Positions 38,013 to 49,199 of a stretch of 64,000 bases of DNA are shown one piece after another. Position 1 is the first letter of the stretch, and each line of letters opens with the position of its first letter. Both the position numbers and the translations under genes were made by a program. This DNA is from Octopus sinensis (taxonomy: Eukaryota). Location of the stretch: contig NC_042998.1 of NCBI RefSeq assembly GCF_006345805.1, forward strand, positions 126,666,001 to 126,730,000, read 5' to 3'. Below the pieces are notes generated by a model. That model was given only the letters and a program-made list of their open reading frames with translations. It was not told the origin of the DNA and ran no database searches.

Positions 38013-38986
38013 AGTAACCGATGATGTTATTTTTCACCAAATGTGATTAAAAAATAATTGACAATAATCTTATTTTAACATTCTATTTCCATAACATGTT
38101 GATGTTACTCTAGTAGGATCAGTAATAGCTGCAGCAATAACAACAATAGCATCGGTTGTAGTAGTAGTAGTAGTAGAAGTAGCAATAGTAATAGGTGTAG
38201 TAATAGTAGCAGCAGTGTAGTAGTGTTCTTCTGGCATTAGAAAATTGTCGGAATATTGCCTGGCGCTTCCTGCTGTTGTCACTATTGTTGTTTTTGTTGT
38301 TGTTGCTCTTTAACTCTAGTTCAATCTTGACCATTCCATTTTTTTTTTAAAGGAATAGTATATCCAGGACTAAATTACACAATGGATACTTTTGATAAGG
38401 TGTACTTTTGATGGCAATTTCGTTGTTTTATTTCTAGCAAGTCGAGCGACCATATAGAGGCTAACTCATTGGCTAGTGTTTCTGTTATTGCCTGTTGCTG
38501 GCAATAGGTTTTGTTCTTGTTACTATTTCGAACTAGATGATGATGAGGATAACAAATGGTAGAGTTTGTTGTCGTAGCTAGCGCTGCTGCTGATAACATC
38601 AGACTTGATGAGGAGGACGACGACGACGACAACGATGATGATGATGACAACAACGTTGTTATTGTTGTTGATGTAGATGAGTAATAGGGCAACAATAACT
38701 AACTTCCCGTACACACTTGTATAACGTCTTAACTAGGCAAGCTGGTCGACAACTCCAGCTTCCGCAAACACACCCCACCATGCAACCTTCTCTTTTACAC
38801 TCTGCACATTCCTCTCACCACAACTCGATGCACGCCCATAAGCACCCACTATACTCACAACCGTCGCAACTCCCCCGCCTCCCTGTTTTTCTTTTTTATC
38901 TGAACAAACAAAATCTCTTTCGTACTAACATCCTTTCCTTCACTTCACTTTACTGATGTATGTATGTATGTATGTATGTATGTATG

Positions 38987-39017
<31 letters not shown>

Positions 39018-39821
39018 GTGCGTGTGTATGTATGCAGGCGTGAATGTATTACTACTCCCTTTTCTCAGTGCAGTGAAATAAGTTATGTCAGAACAACAGA
39101 GTAAAAGAATCAACTACACAAAGTTGATAAAATAAAATAATTATATTGTATAGAATACCTCTACTAAAGTACTCAATTAGTCATGGTTGACTTAAAAATG
39201 TCAGAATAATGCAAAACAACTGACAAACAGTTCATTGCTTTAACAAAATAAAGAGAGAAACCATGGCCATATGTGGATTTTAGAAATTACGTAGTTGTTG
39301 AACCTGAAGTACAAAAATTTTAATAAGAACGAATTTTTAACTAGTGTTTCCTAAATCATTGATATAAAAATACTCTCATATTGTTGATGTTATATTTACA
39401 ACAGTTGTTGGTTCGACACCCACAGGCAACCGTTAATTCTTTCTCTCGAAAGAGGTTTTAAATCTAATAATTTACTCGTTACTATTTATAGCTTTATGTG
39501 CTTCAAGATGTACTGTTCCCCAAAAGAATTATTTCTGTCTTTAATGTATGTATGTATGTATTTAAGCATAAACTTGGTAGGTGAATTGATTCACTTGGTC
39601 AATAGTGTCTTTTGTGATTGGCCGTCATTAAAAGGATCTGTATACCTGATTCTAGTTATCAGGTTAGATTAAATTGTTTGCAGTGGTTTCGCTGTCCTGA
39701 TTCTGTAAAATATGTTATTCCTGTTTTAAGAGTCTATATATATGCATACATGTGTGGTAGTAGAAACTTAGACGCCCACACATATCCGTGCGCAGTTGTG
39801 TGTGTGTGTGTGTGTGTGTGT

Positions 39822-40378
39822 AAGACGGGTACACAAGAGTAACCGGAAACGTTCTCTGTGGGACAAACCCGTTGTAGTTCAGGTTTCCGCCGCTAGAAGC
39901 CACTTGAAGCAACCCTCGAGCATCAGTCTGCCGACCGGCGTCCTTGGTTGAAGTGGTAGTGCGGTGTGATGCATCTTTGTTTTGCCGTGCTCCTCCCCTT
40001 TCATCGATTTTTGCGATGACTGAAACGAAGGAACCGCGTGCTTCCGTGAAATTCTGTTTACTGCTGGGGAAAAAAGGCGGCCGAAACAGTTGTCATGCTT
40101 CAAACAGTTTACAAGATCGTTTCCATGAGCAAAACACAAGTTTACGGGTGGTTTCTACGCCTCAGAAATGATCACTTGTCGCTTGAGGACTAACCTTGTT
40201 CAAGGAGTCCGTCGACCTTCTGAACGAATGGGAACATTATGAAAATTCATGAACTTGTTGATATGACTGGTGTATCATGAAACTTCTGCCAACGAATTTC
40301 GAGCGAGGAATTGCGAATGAAAAGAGTTGCAGCAAAATTTGTGCTTCGCTTGTTCATGGAAGATCAAAAGCAGCCATA
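39822..40378 (+). mobile_element. Mariner transposon 5' half, decayed
   Basis: MTETKEPRASVKFCLLLGK..AETVVML...MSKTQVYGWF...SLED*PCSRSPST...MKRVAAKFVLRL, i.e. the mariner HTH region and the AKFVPR motif. Confidence 0.85.
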
Positions 40379-40618
40379 AAGTAAAATTAAGCATAGTAAA
40401 TTTCTCCCCTGTAAATATTGTAATATATTTCGCCTCTTTCTTCTTTGGCTTTCCTCTCTCTTCTTCCCTTCTCTTCGTATCTGCTATCTTTATGGTTCTC
40501 TCTCCTCACTCTGTGTGTGTGTGTGTGTGTGTCTAAGGAACGTTCCGTTACTGACCGCCTACCAGAAAGCATAGTATGTATACTCGTCACACGCTTCTTA
40601 TGTTTTCTCTCTCTGTCT

Positions 40619-40654
<36 letters not shown>

Positions 40655-40755
40655 ATGTCTTTTACAGTCTCCCCGTTCACTCTGTAGGATGTAATGCGTG
40701 ACTGGAGAATCAACAAACCAACATTTATATCGGCTATACATAGTTTCACATCTTT

Positions 40756-40921
40756 GAATACATACATACATACATACATACATACATACATACATACATA
40801 CATACTACATACATACATACATACATACATATATACATACATATATATGTGCATGTGTGTGTATATATGTATATGTGTGTATATACATGTATATGTGTAT
40901 ATATATGTATATATGTGTATA

Positions 40922-40960
<39 letters not shown>

Positions 40961-40968
40961 GTGTATGT

Positions 40969-41010
<42 letters not shown>

Positions 41011-41030
41011 ACTATATTGTACTATATGTA
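40756..41030. repeat. (TACA)n/(TA)n/(TATG)n compound microsatellite
   Basis: Direct inspection. Confidence 0.95.
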
Positions 41031-41585
41031 TACACATATACAAGTATATTGAAATTAAAATGGTTGCAAGCAAGATATATAGTTCATAAACAAGTCATTA
41101 AAATGTTACTAGCCACAAAGTTATATCGTATCTATATATTCTTACATTGAGACACATACAAATGTACATCGACCTACAAACACTGCCCTTTCCCACATCT
41201 AGACACGCATACATATATAATAAGGACATTTTTTTCTCGATCAATCATTATTGACTCCAGCGTGTCTCTTTTGAGATGATAGAGACAAATGTTTCCTACA
41301 ATGTCTTTTCTTTCTTCTTCATCGATCTAATGAGTTGATTGAGTTAGTGAAACATTACCTAATTACATAAAACCGATAGGTCGATAAACTAAGAAACTGA
41401 AATCTATAGCATCAACTAGCCTTTATAATTACAGTATTAGCATTATCAAGGAATGTCTGTAATAAACGCAGTTCAGTGAAAAGTAACACTGGGTAATTAA
41501 GACCGCCAATAAACATGAAAACAATGGAAAGGAAAATCTTTTGTAGTACAAGTACCGGTAGTAAAAGAAGAAGAAGAAGAAGAAG

Positions 41586-41617
<32 letters not shown>

Positions 41618-42127
41618 GTAGTAGTAATAGTAGTAGTAGTAGTAGAAGTAGTAATTGTTTCTTGGCTATAAAGCCCGAGAGGAAATCAGAATTAGACAAT
41701 CAAAAATGGCTACAATAAATATTGCTTAAATATTGCTTTCTTACTGAGACAGAGTGTCGCTAATTAGAAACGAAATTAGAATGCGTAAAGCAAATGTCTT
41801 CCGTGAGTGCATTTATCTCGCTAATGATTCGTTAACTGTATATCGCAACCAGCTTTCGGAATTGGCTCGTCAACGGTGTTTACGTATTCCATGTAATAGA
41901 TTTCCTTTGAAAAGTAAAACAAAGGTAGTGTTTGTAGACGTAGAGTATAGGGACTGATTCGATTTTAATAAATTAAATCGATTAAATTTCTACTGAGCTA
42001 ATTTGCAAACTCAGACGTAAATATTTTCATAATGTAAGGTAGTCAATTCACTGCTTTACTACGTGCACTAACTTACATCGCAAATAAAATATTGCTTTTT
42101 TTCTTGATATTCATAGCAGACGAAAAC

Positions 42128-42167
42128 ATGGAGCAGGCTATAGATGAAGGATTGATCTCTGTATATG
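42128..42167 (+). CDS. Candidate first coding exon of the HSPA12-like gene (MEQAIDEGLISVY-)
   Basis: AAAACATGG Kozak-like context and a T-rich acceptor just upstream (…CATAG). The phase-1 end at G|GTTGGA matches the phase-1 start of the next exon, but the donor is weak. Confidence 0.35.
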
Positions 42168-42338
42168 GTTGGAGTTTATTATATCGACAATGGATTAATA
42201 AAAACAAAATTAATTCCAAACGGTTTAGAACAAGAGTAATGGCCTAAATATTTTAAACCGTCCTGATACTTTTACTCCTCATTATTTTTCAAGAATTAAA
42301 TATTAAAAAATTATCCAAAATTTTATTATTTTTTTCAG

Positions 42339-43225
42339 ATACACAGTTCAAACTTTCGACCGACAACAAACGTGAACAGAAACAAAGACTCTTACAGGAA
42401 TACGGCATTGATCCCCATGGTAGAGAAGTAGTTTTAGAAGCAAACCGTTCAGATTTCGCCCCAGAAGTTCGTAATACATTGCGTGTTAAGCAGGATACAG
42501 TAACACGGGACGTACACAAGAAAAAATCCGAAGACGTCTACAACATAGACGATCATCGTCCAGATATCAAAGTAGACCTGACACCAAATGTAGAGAATTG
42601 CCCGGTTTTTGAATATAACCTAGCTTCTGAGGTTCATTACACAGAGTCAAAGATTAACACCAAGAAACCTAAAAAGCTTCCCGAAAGTCAAGTCGATAAA
42701 AGAAGCAACGGCGACAACTCCGGTTTCTCTAGGAAGAACGTGAAAAATCTCTCCATCGAAATCATGGGTGTTTCTACTGAGTCTTTAGAATTCCAAGGAG
42801 AAACTCCTCTTGGCGACTACTATGGCCAATCAAGTTCCGATGTCAATACTAAAACAACTACAATTCACAGAGATTACAATGATCCCAACCTCTCCCTGGT
42901 CGGTTCCGAATGCCCTGCCATATCGGTTCTTGGAGATACTGGAAATTATTTTGTTATAGTTGCTATTGATTTTGGCACCATGTTTAGTGGTTATGCCTTC
43001 AGTTTTACCCGTGATCCTGAGAGTATTCATATGATGCGCAAATGGGAAGGTGGAGACCCAGGCATCAACAACCAAAAGGCTCCAACGACAATATTAATAA
43101 ATCCTAATGGAGAATTTGACTCGTTTGGTTACGCAGCCAGAGATCGATACCACGACATGGACCCCGAAGACGCTAAAGAATATATGTACTTTGAGAAATT
43201 TAAGATGACACTCCACCATAATGCT
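42339..43225 (+). CDS. HSPA12: Heat shock 70 kDa protein 12 (HSPA12A/B-like), exon with N-terminal extension and start of the nucleotide-binding domain
   Basis: Acceptor TTTTTTTCAG| at 42338, one open frame, donor GCT|GTAAGT at 43226. The peptide [88 protein letters not shown] is the HSPA12 signature. Confidence 0.93.
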
Positions 43226-43267
43226 GTAAGTAAAATTTCATATTTCTTTAGCATATTAAAAGATCAT

Positions 43268-43445
<178 letters not shown>

Positions 43446-43554
43446 TTGTGTTTGTGCGTTTATACCTTAATATAGATATATTAGATTGGATCCAGATCAA
43501 TATATATGTTTATGTATTAATATGTGTGTGCGTGTATTTCTACTTAGCAAAACA

Positions 43555-43760
43555 GCCCCGTTGTTATTACTGTTTAGCCCCATATCAACCCTGAATGTGT
43601 AGATCTTTGAGCAAAAGCGCTCCAGCTATGACAATTCCATCTTTTTTCAAACATATTAATACTACATTATCCATTGCAGCCTTAGATGTCATCTGTTTAA
43701 TGACAGCAGGGTATGACTTAATGAAAATTTGGCTGTTATTTCTAACAAGTCGGATAACCA
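43555..43760 (+). repeat. Unclassified degenerate dispersed repeat (family D)
   Basis: TGTTTAGCCCC..TCA.CCCTGA...GAT...GA.CAAA.G..CTCCAGC.ATGAC. Similar stretches occur near 48010, 54260 and, antisense, near 36450. Confidence 0.4.
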
Positions 43761-44279
43761 GTTAGAGATACCTTCGTTGGCACGCAATGTTTTGAGGGTG
43801 AAAAGAATGATGGATTCCGATTTTCCTTACTTTTACTAACGGTATTAGAAGTGTAAGTGAAATAAAATGATCTCAAACAAGGATTGAAACTATATCGCAG
43901 TTTCGAATTGCTGTTTTGTCTCCAGTATTGTTTACAACATATTAAAGGGTACCACATCGTGAATGTGATTAAAGATTATCGCATAGGTTTACTGTCAGAC
44001 TTTCAGTGAGATATTTTTTCGTCAATCGATAACACAATCCGAATGTCTCTCAAAATCTATAACACCATCTGAGACTTGTTCAAGCTGTAACCAAATAAGT
44101 CTTAAACTAAACTAAAGAATTTTAAATGCTAAACAATCGGTAGTATGAAAAGGAAGAAACAATTCGTCCAAATGTGAATATTGCTAGTAATGTAATTACT
44201 ACTATGTTTTCAAGATTTCGAATTGAATATAAATCAAATTATCTCCTTCAAGATTGATAGCAGTTGATATTCAGTTATC

Positions 44280-44420
44280 GGTAGTGTCATTGGTAGAATC
44301 GTTAGAACGTCAGACAAAATGCTTTTGGTTCTTTACGTTCTGAGTTCAAAACCTCCCGAGATTAACTTAGCTTTTCATCCTTCGGAATCGATAAAATAAA
44401 GTACTAGTCACTACTGAAAT
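44280..44420 (+). mobile_element. Degenerate SINE family C copy
   Basis: GGTAGAATCGTTAG...TTCTGAGTTCAAAACC...CTTTTCATCCTTCGGAATCGATAAAATAAAGTAC. Confidence 0.7.
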
Positions 44421-44959
44421 CAATGTACTGACACACACACACACACATACACATCAATTGTAAATAGATAAACCCATATATTACCTATCACAAAGTTTTG
44501 TATTCAATAGAAAAGCCAGTCCATGAAACTCCCTAGTTTCTCAGTTTTTTTCTGTACAATATGGCGATATAATATTTCTGTCAATTATTATAATATTGCT
44601 GTTGTGGAAAATTGGTTAAGTAAGGTATGATAATATCCTTTAAGGTTTTTGTAATGTTTTTGGTAAGACACATGGTAGTTTGTAATTAATTAGTGAAAGT
44701 TCTCAAAGCCTTTTGAGGAAATTTTGAGGAAGTTTGTGAAGTTGGATGTGTGTGGTCTGCGTTTAAATATAGCAGTTCTAGCTATATTAAGTTCTTTGTG
44801 TGTTCTATGAATGGTAAAGCTGTACAGAGAATAAGGATAGGTGATTCAATAAACATATTGTTATCAGTAACATATACCCTCTCAAACTGTATTGTACCCA
44901 GTGCCCAAATCTCAGCTCTCACCTGTTCAATTCACAGAGTTGTAAGCAACAACAGCAGT

Positions 44960-45344
44960 GGAGGCGCAATGGCCCAGTGGTTAGGGCAGCGAACTCGCGG
45001 TCGGAGGATCACGGTTTCGATTCCAGACTGGGCGTTGTGTGTGTTTATTGAGCGAAAACACCTAAAGCTCCACGAGGCTCCGGCAGGGGGTGGTGGCGAC
45101 CCCTATTGTACTCTTTCGCCCCAACTTTCTCTCACTCTTTCTTCCTGTTTCTTGTCCCCGACTTCCTACGCAACCGCTGAGTCTGGATGCGCATTCATCC
45201 CTCCGTCGATGTTCTCGGTGTCGGGCGTTGACCTGCTTTCTCTTCTGCGGGTCTTACGAATAGCAAAGGACCACGTTTCGGACTTCTCCCACCTTGCAAG
45301 CTCTGTGACGAAGACCGCTTCGCTCAACAAACTAACAAACAAAC
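44960..45344 (+). mobile_element. Young tRNA-derived SINE (family E) with 16-bp TSD
   Basis: AAGCAACAACAGCAGT at 44944-44959 and 45345-45360. A box TGGCCCAGTGGTTAG, B box GGTTTCGATTCC, (AAAC)n tail, CpG-rich. Confidence 0.93.
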
Positions 45345-45579
45345 AAGCAACAACAGCAGTAGCGCAGTATAATTGATGACTGTCTGTTAGGCTGCCAAAC
45401 TGGGTTCAGTCTTCTACCTCCGGGAATATGACTTTAAGCAATCCATCTCCCAACCTTTTCAAGAGGACAAAATAATATTAATGGCATCGGATATCTTGAA
45501 AGGACATGAATTGTTTCAGGAAGAATAATCACACAGTCAGCAGTTATATTTACGTAAATCAAATTTAAAATGTTTCTCA

Positions 45580-45735
45580 GGCGTGACTGTGTGGTGAAAA
45601 GCTTGGTTTCCAACCACATAGTACCGGGTTCAGTCCCACTATGTGGCATCTTAGGTAAGTGTCTTCTGCTATAGCCTCGATCCGACCAAAGCCTTGTGAG
45701 TGTGTTTGGTAGAAGGTAACCGAAAGAAACCCGTC

Positions 45736-45825
<90 letters not shown>

Positions 45826-46017
45826 ATGCGCGTCTTTGCTTGTCCACCACTACCGCTTGACAACCGGTGTTAGTGTGTTTACATTCCGGTAATCTAGCGG
45901 TTCGGCAAAAGAGACCGATAGAATAAGTACCAAGCTTAAGAAATAAGTACTACCCACGTTGTGGTTAAGAGCGCGGGCTACTAACACCAAGATTCCGAGT
46001 TCGATTCTAAGCAGTGA

Positions 46018-46064
<47 letters not shown>

Positions 46065-46300
46065 TCGAAAAATACCTTAGGAATGTGAACCCAGATACGA
46101 AATTTTCCCAAGATACGTAATGAAGGCTGGAGTGTATATCAGCCGAAACGTTGTGTTATCAACAAACAAGACAAGGACAAATATCCGTCAAATGTAAATA
46201 ATGTACATAATGTCGATTCATTCAAATTAAAAAAAAAAAAATTCAGTGTGGTGCCCCAGTATGGCCGCAGTCTAATGACTGAAACAAAATAAATGATAAA
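45580..46300 (+). mobile_element. SINE family B copy interrupted at 45952-46211
   Basis: The body runs to AAATAAGTACT (45951) and resumes at GTCGATTC (46212) ...GGTGCCCCAGTATGGCCGCAGTCTAATGACTGAAAC. Confidence 0.85.
45952..46211 (+). mobile_element. tRNA-like head + (AAT)n + Penelope-like tail with hammerhead motif
   Basis: GTGGTTAAGAGCGCGGGCTACTAAC...GAGTTCGATTC, (AAT)n, then GATAC-GTAATGA-A-GGCTG..CAGCC-GAAACGTT-GTGTT. Same order as 49705-49922. Confidence 0.8.
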
Positions 46301-46402
46301 CGCATCTGTTTGATCATGACCTTGACCGTGTAGTAAATATTTTTCGTTTGATTAACATACTAGTTTTATTCATATGCTGGACAGTCTGTGTATGAGAATA
46401 TT

Positions 46403-47167
46403 CCTTTCTACTCTAGGCACAAGGTACGATATTTTTGGGGAGGAGGCCAGTCAGTTAGATCAACCACAGTACGTATTGGTACTTAATTTATCGACCCCGA
46501 AAGGATGAAAGGCAAAGTCGACCTCGGCGGAATTTGAACTCAGAACGTAGCGGCAGACGAAATACCTATTTCTTTACTACCCACAGGGGACCAAACACAG
46601 AGAGGACAAACAAGGACAGACAAACGGATTAAGTCGATTATATCGACCCCAGTGCGTAACTGGTACTTATTTAATCGACCCCGAAAGGATGAAAGGCAAA
46701 GTCGACCTCGGCGGAATTTGAACTCAGAACGTAGCGGCAGACGAAATACCCATTTCTTTACTACCCACAGGGGACCAAACACAGAGAAGACAAACAAGGA
46801 CAGACAAACGGATTAAGTCGATTATATCGACCCCAGTGCGTAACTGGTACTTATTTAATCGACCCCGATAGGATGAAAGGCAAAGTCGACCTCGGCGGAA
46901 TTTGAACTCAGAACGTAGCGGCAGACGAAATACCTATTTCTTTACTACCCACAAGGGGCCAAACAGAGTGGGGACAAACAAGGACAGACAACGGGATAAA
47001 GTCGATTACATCGACCCCAGTGCGTAACTGGTACTTAATTTATCGACCCCGAAAGGATGAAAGGCAAAGTTGACCTCGGCGGAATTTGAACTCAGGATGT
47101 AACGGCAGACGAAATACGGCCACGCATTTCGCCCGGCGTGCTAACGTTTCTGCCAGCTCGCCGGCTT
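46403..47167 (-). repeat. Tandem array of SINE family C bodies, period 184 bp
   Basis: Homologous G of CCCCGA at 46499, 46683, 46867 and 47051. One head at the right end. Flanks GTGTATGAGAATATT (46388-46402) / GTCTACGAGAATATT (47169-47183). Confidence 0.95.
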
Positions 47168-48788
47168 GGTCTACGAGAATATTGTCTATTTAAAGGCATA
47201 AATCCCGTTATGTTCTGAGTTCAATTTCTACCGGAGTTGAGTTTAACTTTTACAACTCGCATAGTGCAACAGCTCCCTCCACTCAAGCTTCATATTCTTG
47301 AGAAATGATTATCCGTCGTATCTTAAAAGATTTTCTATTTGTTTATGTGTTTCTCACCATCATGTTTTCATATTTCTTTTCGCTGCTCTAAATGCGATCC
47401 AAAGTTTCAGTAGAACTTCACCATATCAATAATGATCGATATTCTGCATTTCTTCTGTGATTATATGTTGAAAGCACCTTTCTACGGTGACAACCATTAT
47501 ACAATGATTTTAAAATTCTATATCAGTATCCTCATTCTCTAGTGATATCAATATTCTGCAGTGTTAGCTACTCTTATTTACAATTCGATTATTTCTATTT
47601 TTCTTTTCATTTCGTTGATCTAAAATACATTCTTCAAATTTAGACTGATGTTTTATCTGTTTTCGTATAATCCTGATATTAATGCGTTCGAATATTTTGC
47701 GTTTTACGTGCAATGCATTTAAAATTATAATACTTTGATACGTGTGTTTGATTTTTACCTAATGTTTTGAAATTTTCTGATTCTTTATTCTGAAAAAGGA
47801 GAATAGATTACTAAGAGTTTTAGATTATTAGCAGAATAGGCGACGATTATTATACTGATTCTGATGGCGCGCTAGGTCTCTTTGACCTATCAATGGGTCT
47901 AGTCAAATCTAGGTATGTTTAAATTGTTAGACAAAAATGTGCAAACTGTTGTTATAAGTTAATGCGGACACTTTATAACATGAATGTGTGGTCGTCGTAG
48001 TGTTTGTTGATATTTAACCCCATGTTATTCCTGATCAAGCTGACCAGTGAAAAAGGTATTTCAACCGTAACCATCACGTATCTTTAGAGGTATCACGTCA
48101 GCTTGTCTAGTTTTGCATTAGCTTGGAGTGTTGAATACGAATCTTTTATTAGATTGCGAGAAAGAAATTGGAAATGACTTCTGTTTCCTTCACTTAAATG
48201 ACTACACGAAGATTCCATCAAAATAGTTAGTTAGGGTCACATTCTTTTAGTAGAGAACTTTCTTTAAGTTCATAATGCAGTTATCTTACTTTTCGTGCAT
48301 GAACTTGACTTGCTGCAGTCACTAGCAAGCTGATGTGGTATGTATGTCAACATGTGAGTATTGTAGAGTGATGGTAAGCAGCTAGGGCGAGAGACATTTT
48401 CTCACTTCTCGTACGTAAAATTTTCAGATTCATAGTCTGTTGAGGAATGGTGACGTCTAGTTTGAAGTGACCAACGGAAACATTTGGGGGTTCGAACGAT
48501 CTGATAGAAATAATCAAATCTTCTTCAACTCTCGCGAGCCAATGAAGGAACATCTATGTGTTCGCTTGACCTGCTGAAACAGGCTGCCAAATTTCAATAA
48601 GATCATACCATAAAATGAAGTCATTCGTTAGATGATGTAATCCTAGATATGTTACATCTGCAAAAGATGAGAAAGTCATGATTAGAATGCCATCGACTCA
48701 GTCATTGCTGGCCTGGAATTAGACATCATCATTAACATAAAAGAATACAGTTCTATATTTAAGAGATGAGGAATTATGTACATATATA

Positions 48789-49199
48789 GGCGCAGGAGTG
48801 GCTGTGTGGTAAGTAGCTTGTTTACCAACCACATGGTTCCGGGCTCAGTCCCACTGCGTGGCACCTTGGGCAAGTGTCTTCCACTATAGCCTCGGGCCGA
48901 CCAAAGCCTTGTGAGTGGATTTGGTAGACGGAAACTGAAAAGAAACCCGTCGTATATATGTATATATATATATATGCGTGTGTGTGTTTGTGTGTCTATG
49001 TTTGTCCCCCTAGCATTGCTTGACAACCGATGCTGGTGTGTTTATGTCCCCGTTACTTAGCGGTTCGGCAAAAGAGACCGATAGAATAAGTACTGGGCTT
49101 ACAAAAAGAATAAGTCCCGGGGTCGAGTTGCTCGATTAAAGGCGGTGCTCCAGCATGGCCGCAGTCAAATGACTGAAGCAAGTAAAAGAGTAAAAGAGT
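48789..49199 (+). mobile_element. Full-length, young-looking SINE family B
   Basis: Complete head-core-(TA/TG)n-tail, CpG retained, tandem GTAAAAGA tail. Confidence 0.93.

Noticed and set aside
44960-45030. Functional tRNA genes (also 686-756, 12343-12415, 45955-46020, 49700-49770)
   Set aside because: A/B boxes are present, but I could not complete the acceptor stems. Each continues into a repeat body, and 44960 has a TSD. These are SINE/PLE heads. tRNAscan-SE would be decisive.
44750-45376. 208-aa ORF
   Set aside because: It runs through a TSD-bounded SINE. It has no recognisable domain and is a chance open frame in GC-rich repeat sequence.
46403-47167. CRISPR-like or retrozyme array
   Set aside because: The units are near-identical along their whole length (no unique spacers), the context is eukaryotic, and there are no cas genes. 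I found no CTGANGA/GAAA hammerhead core in the 184-bp unit on either strand.
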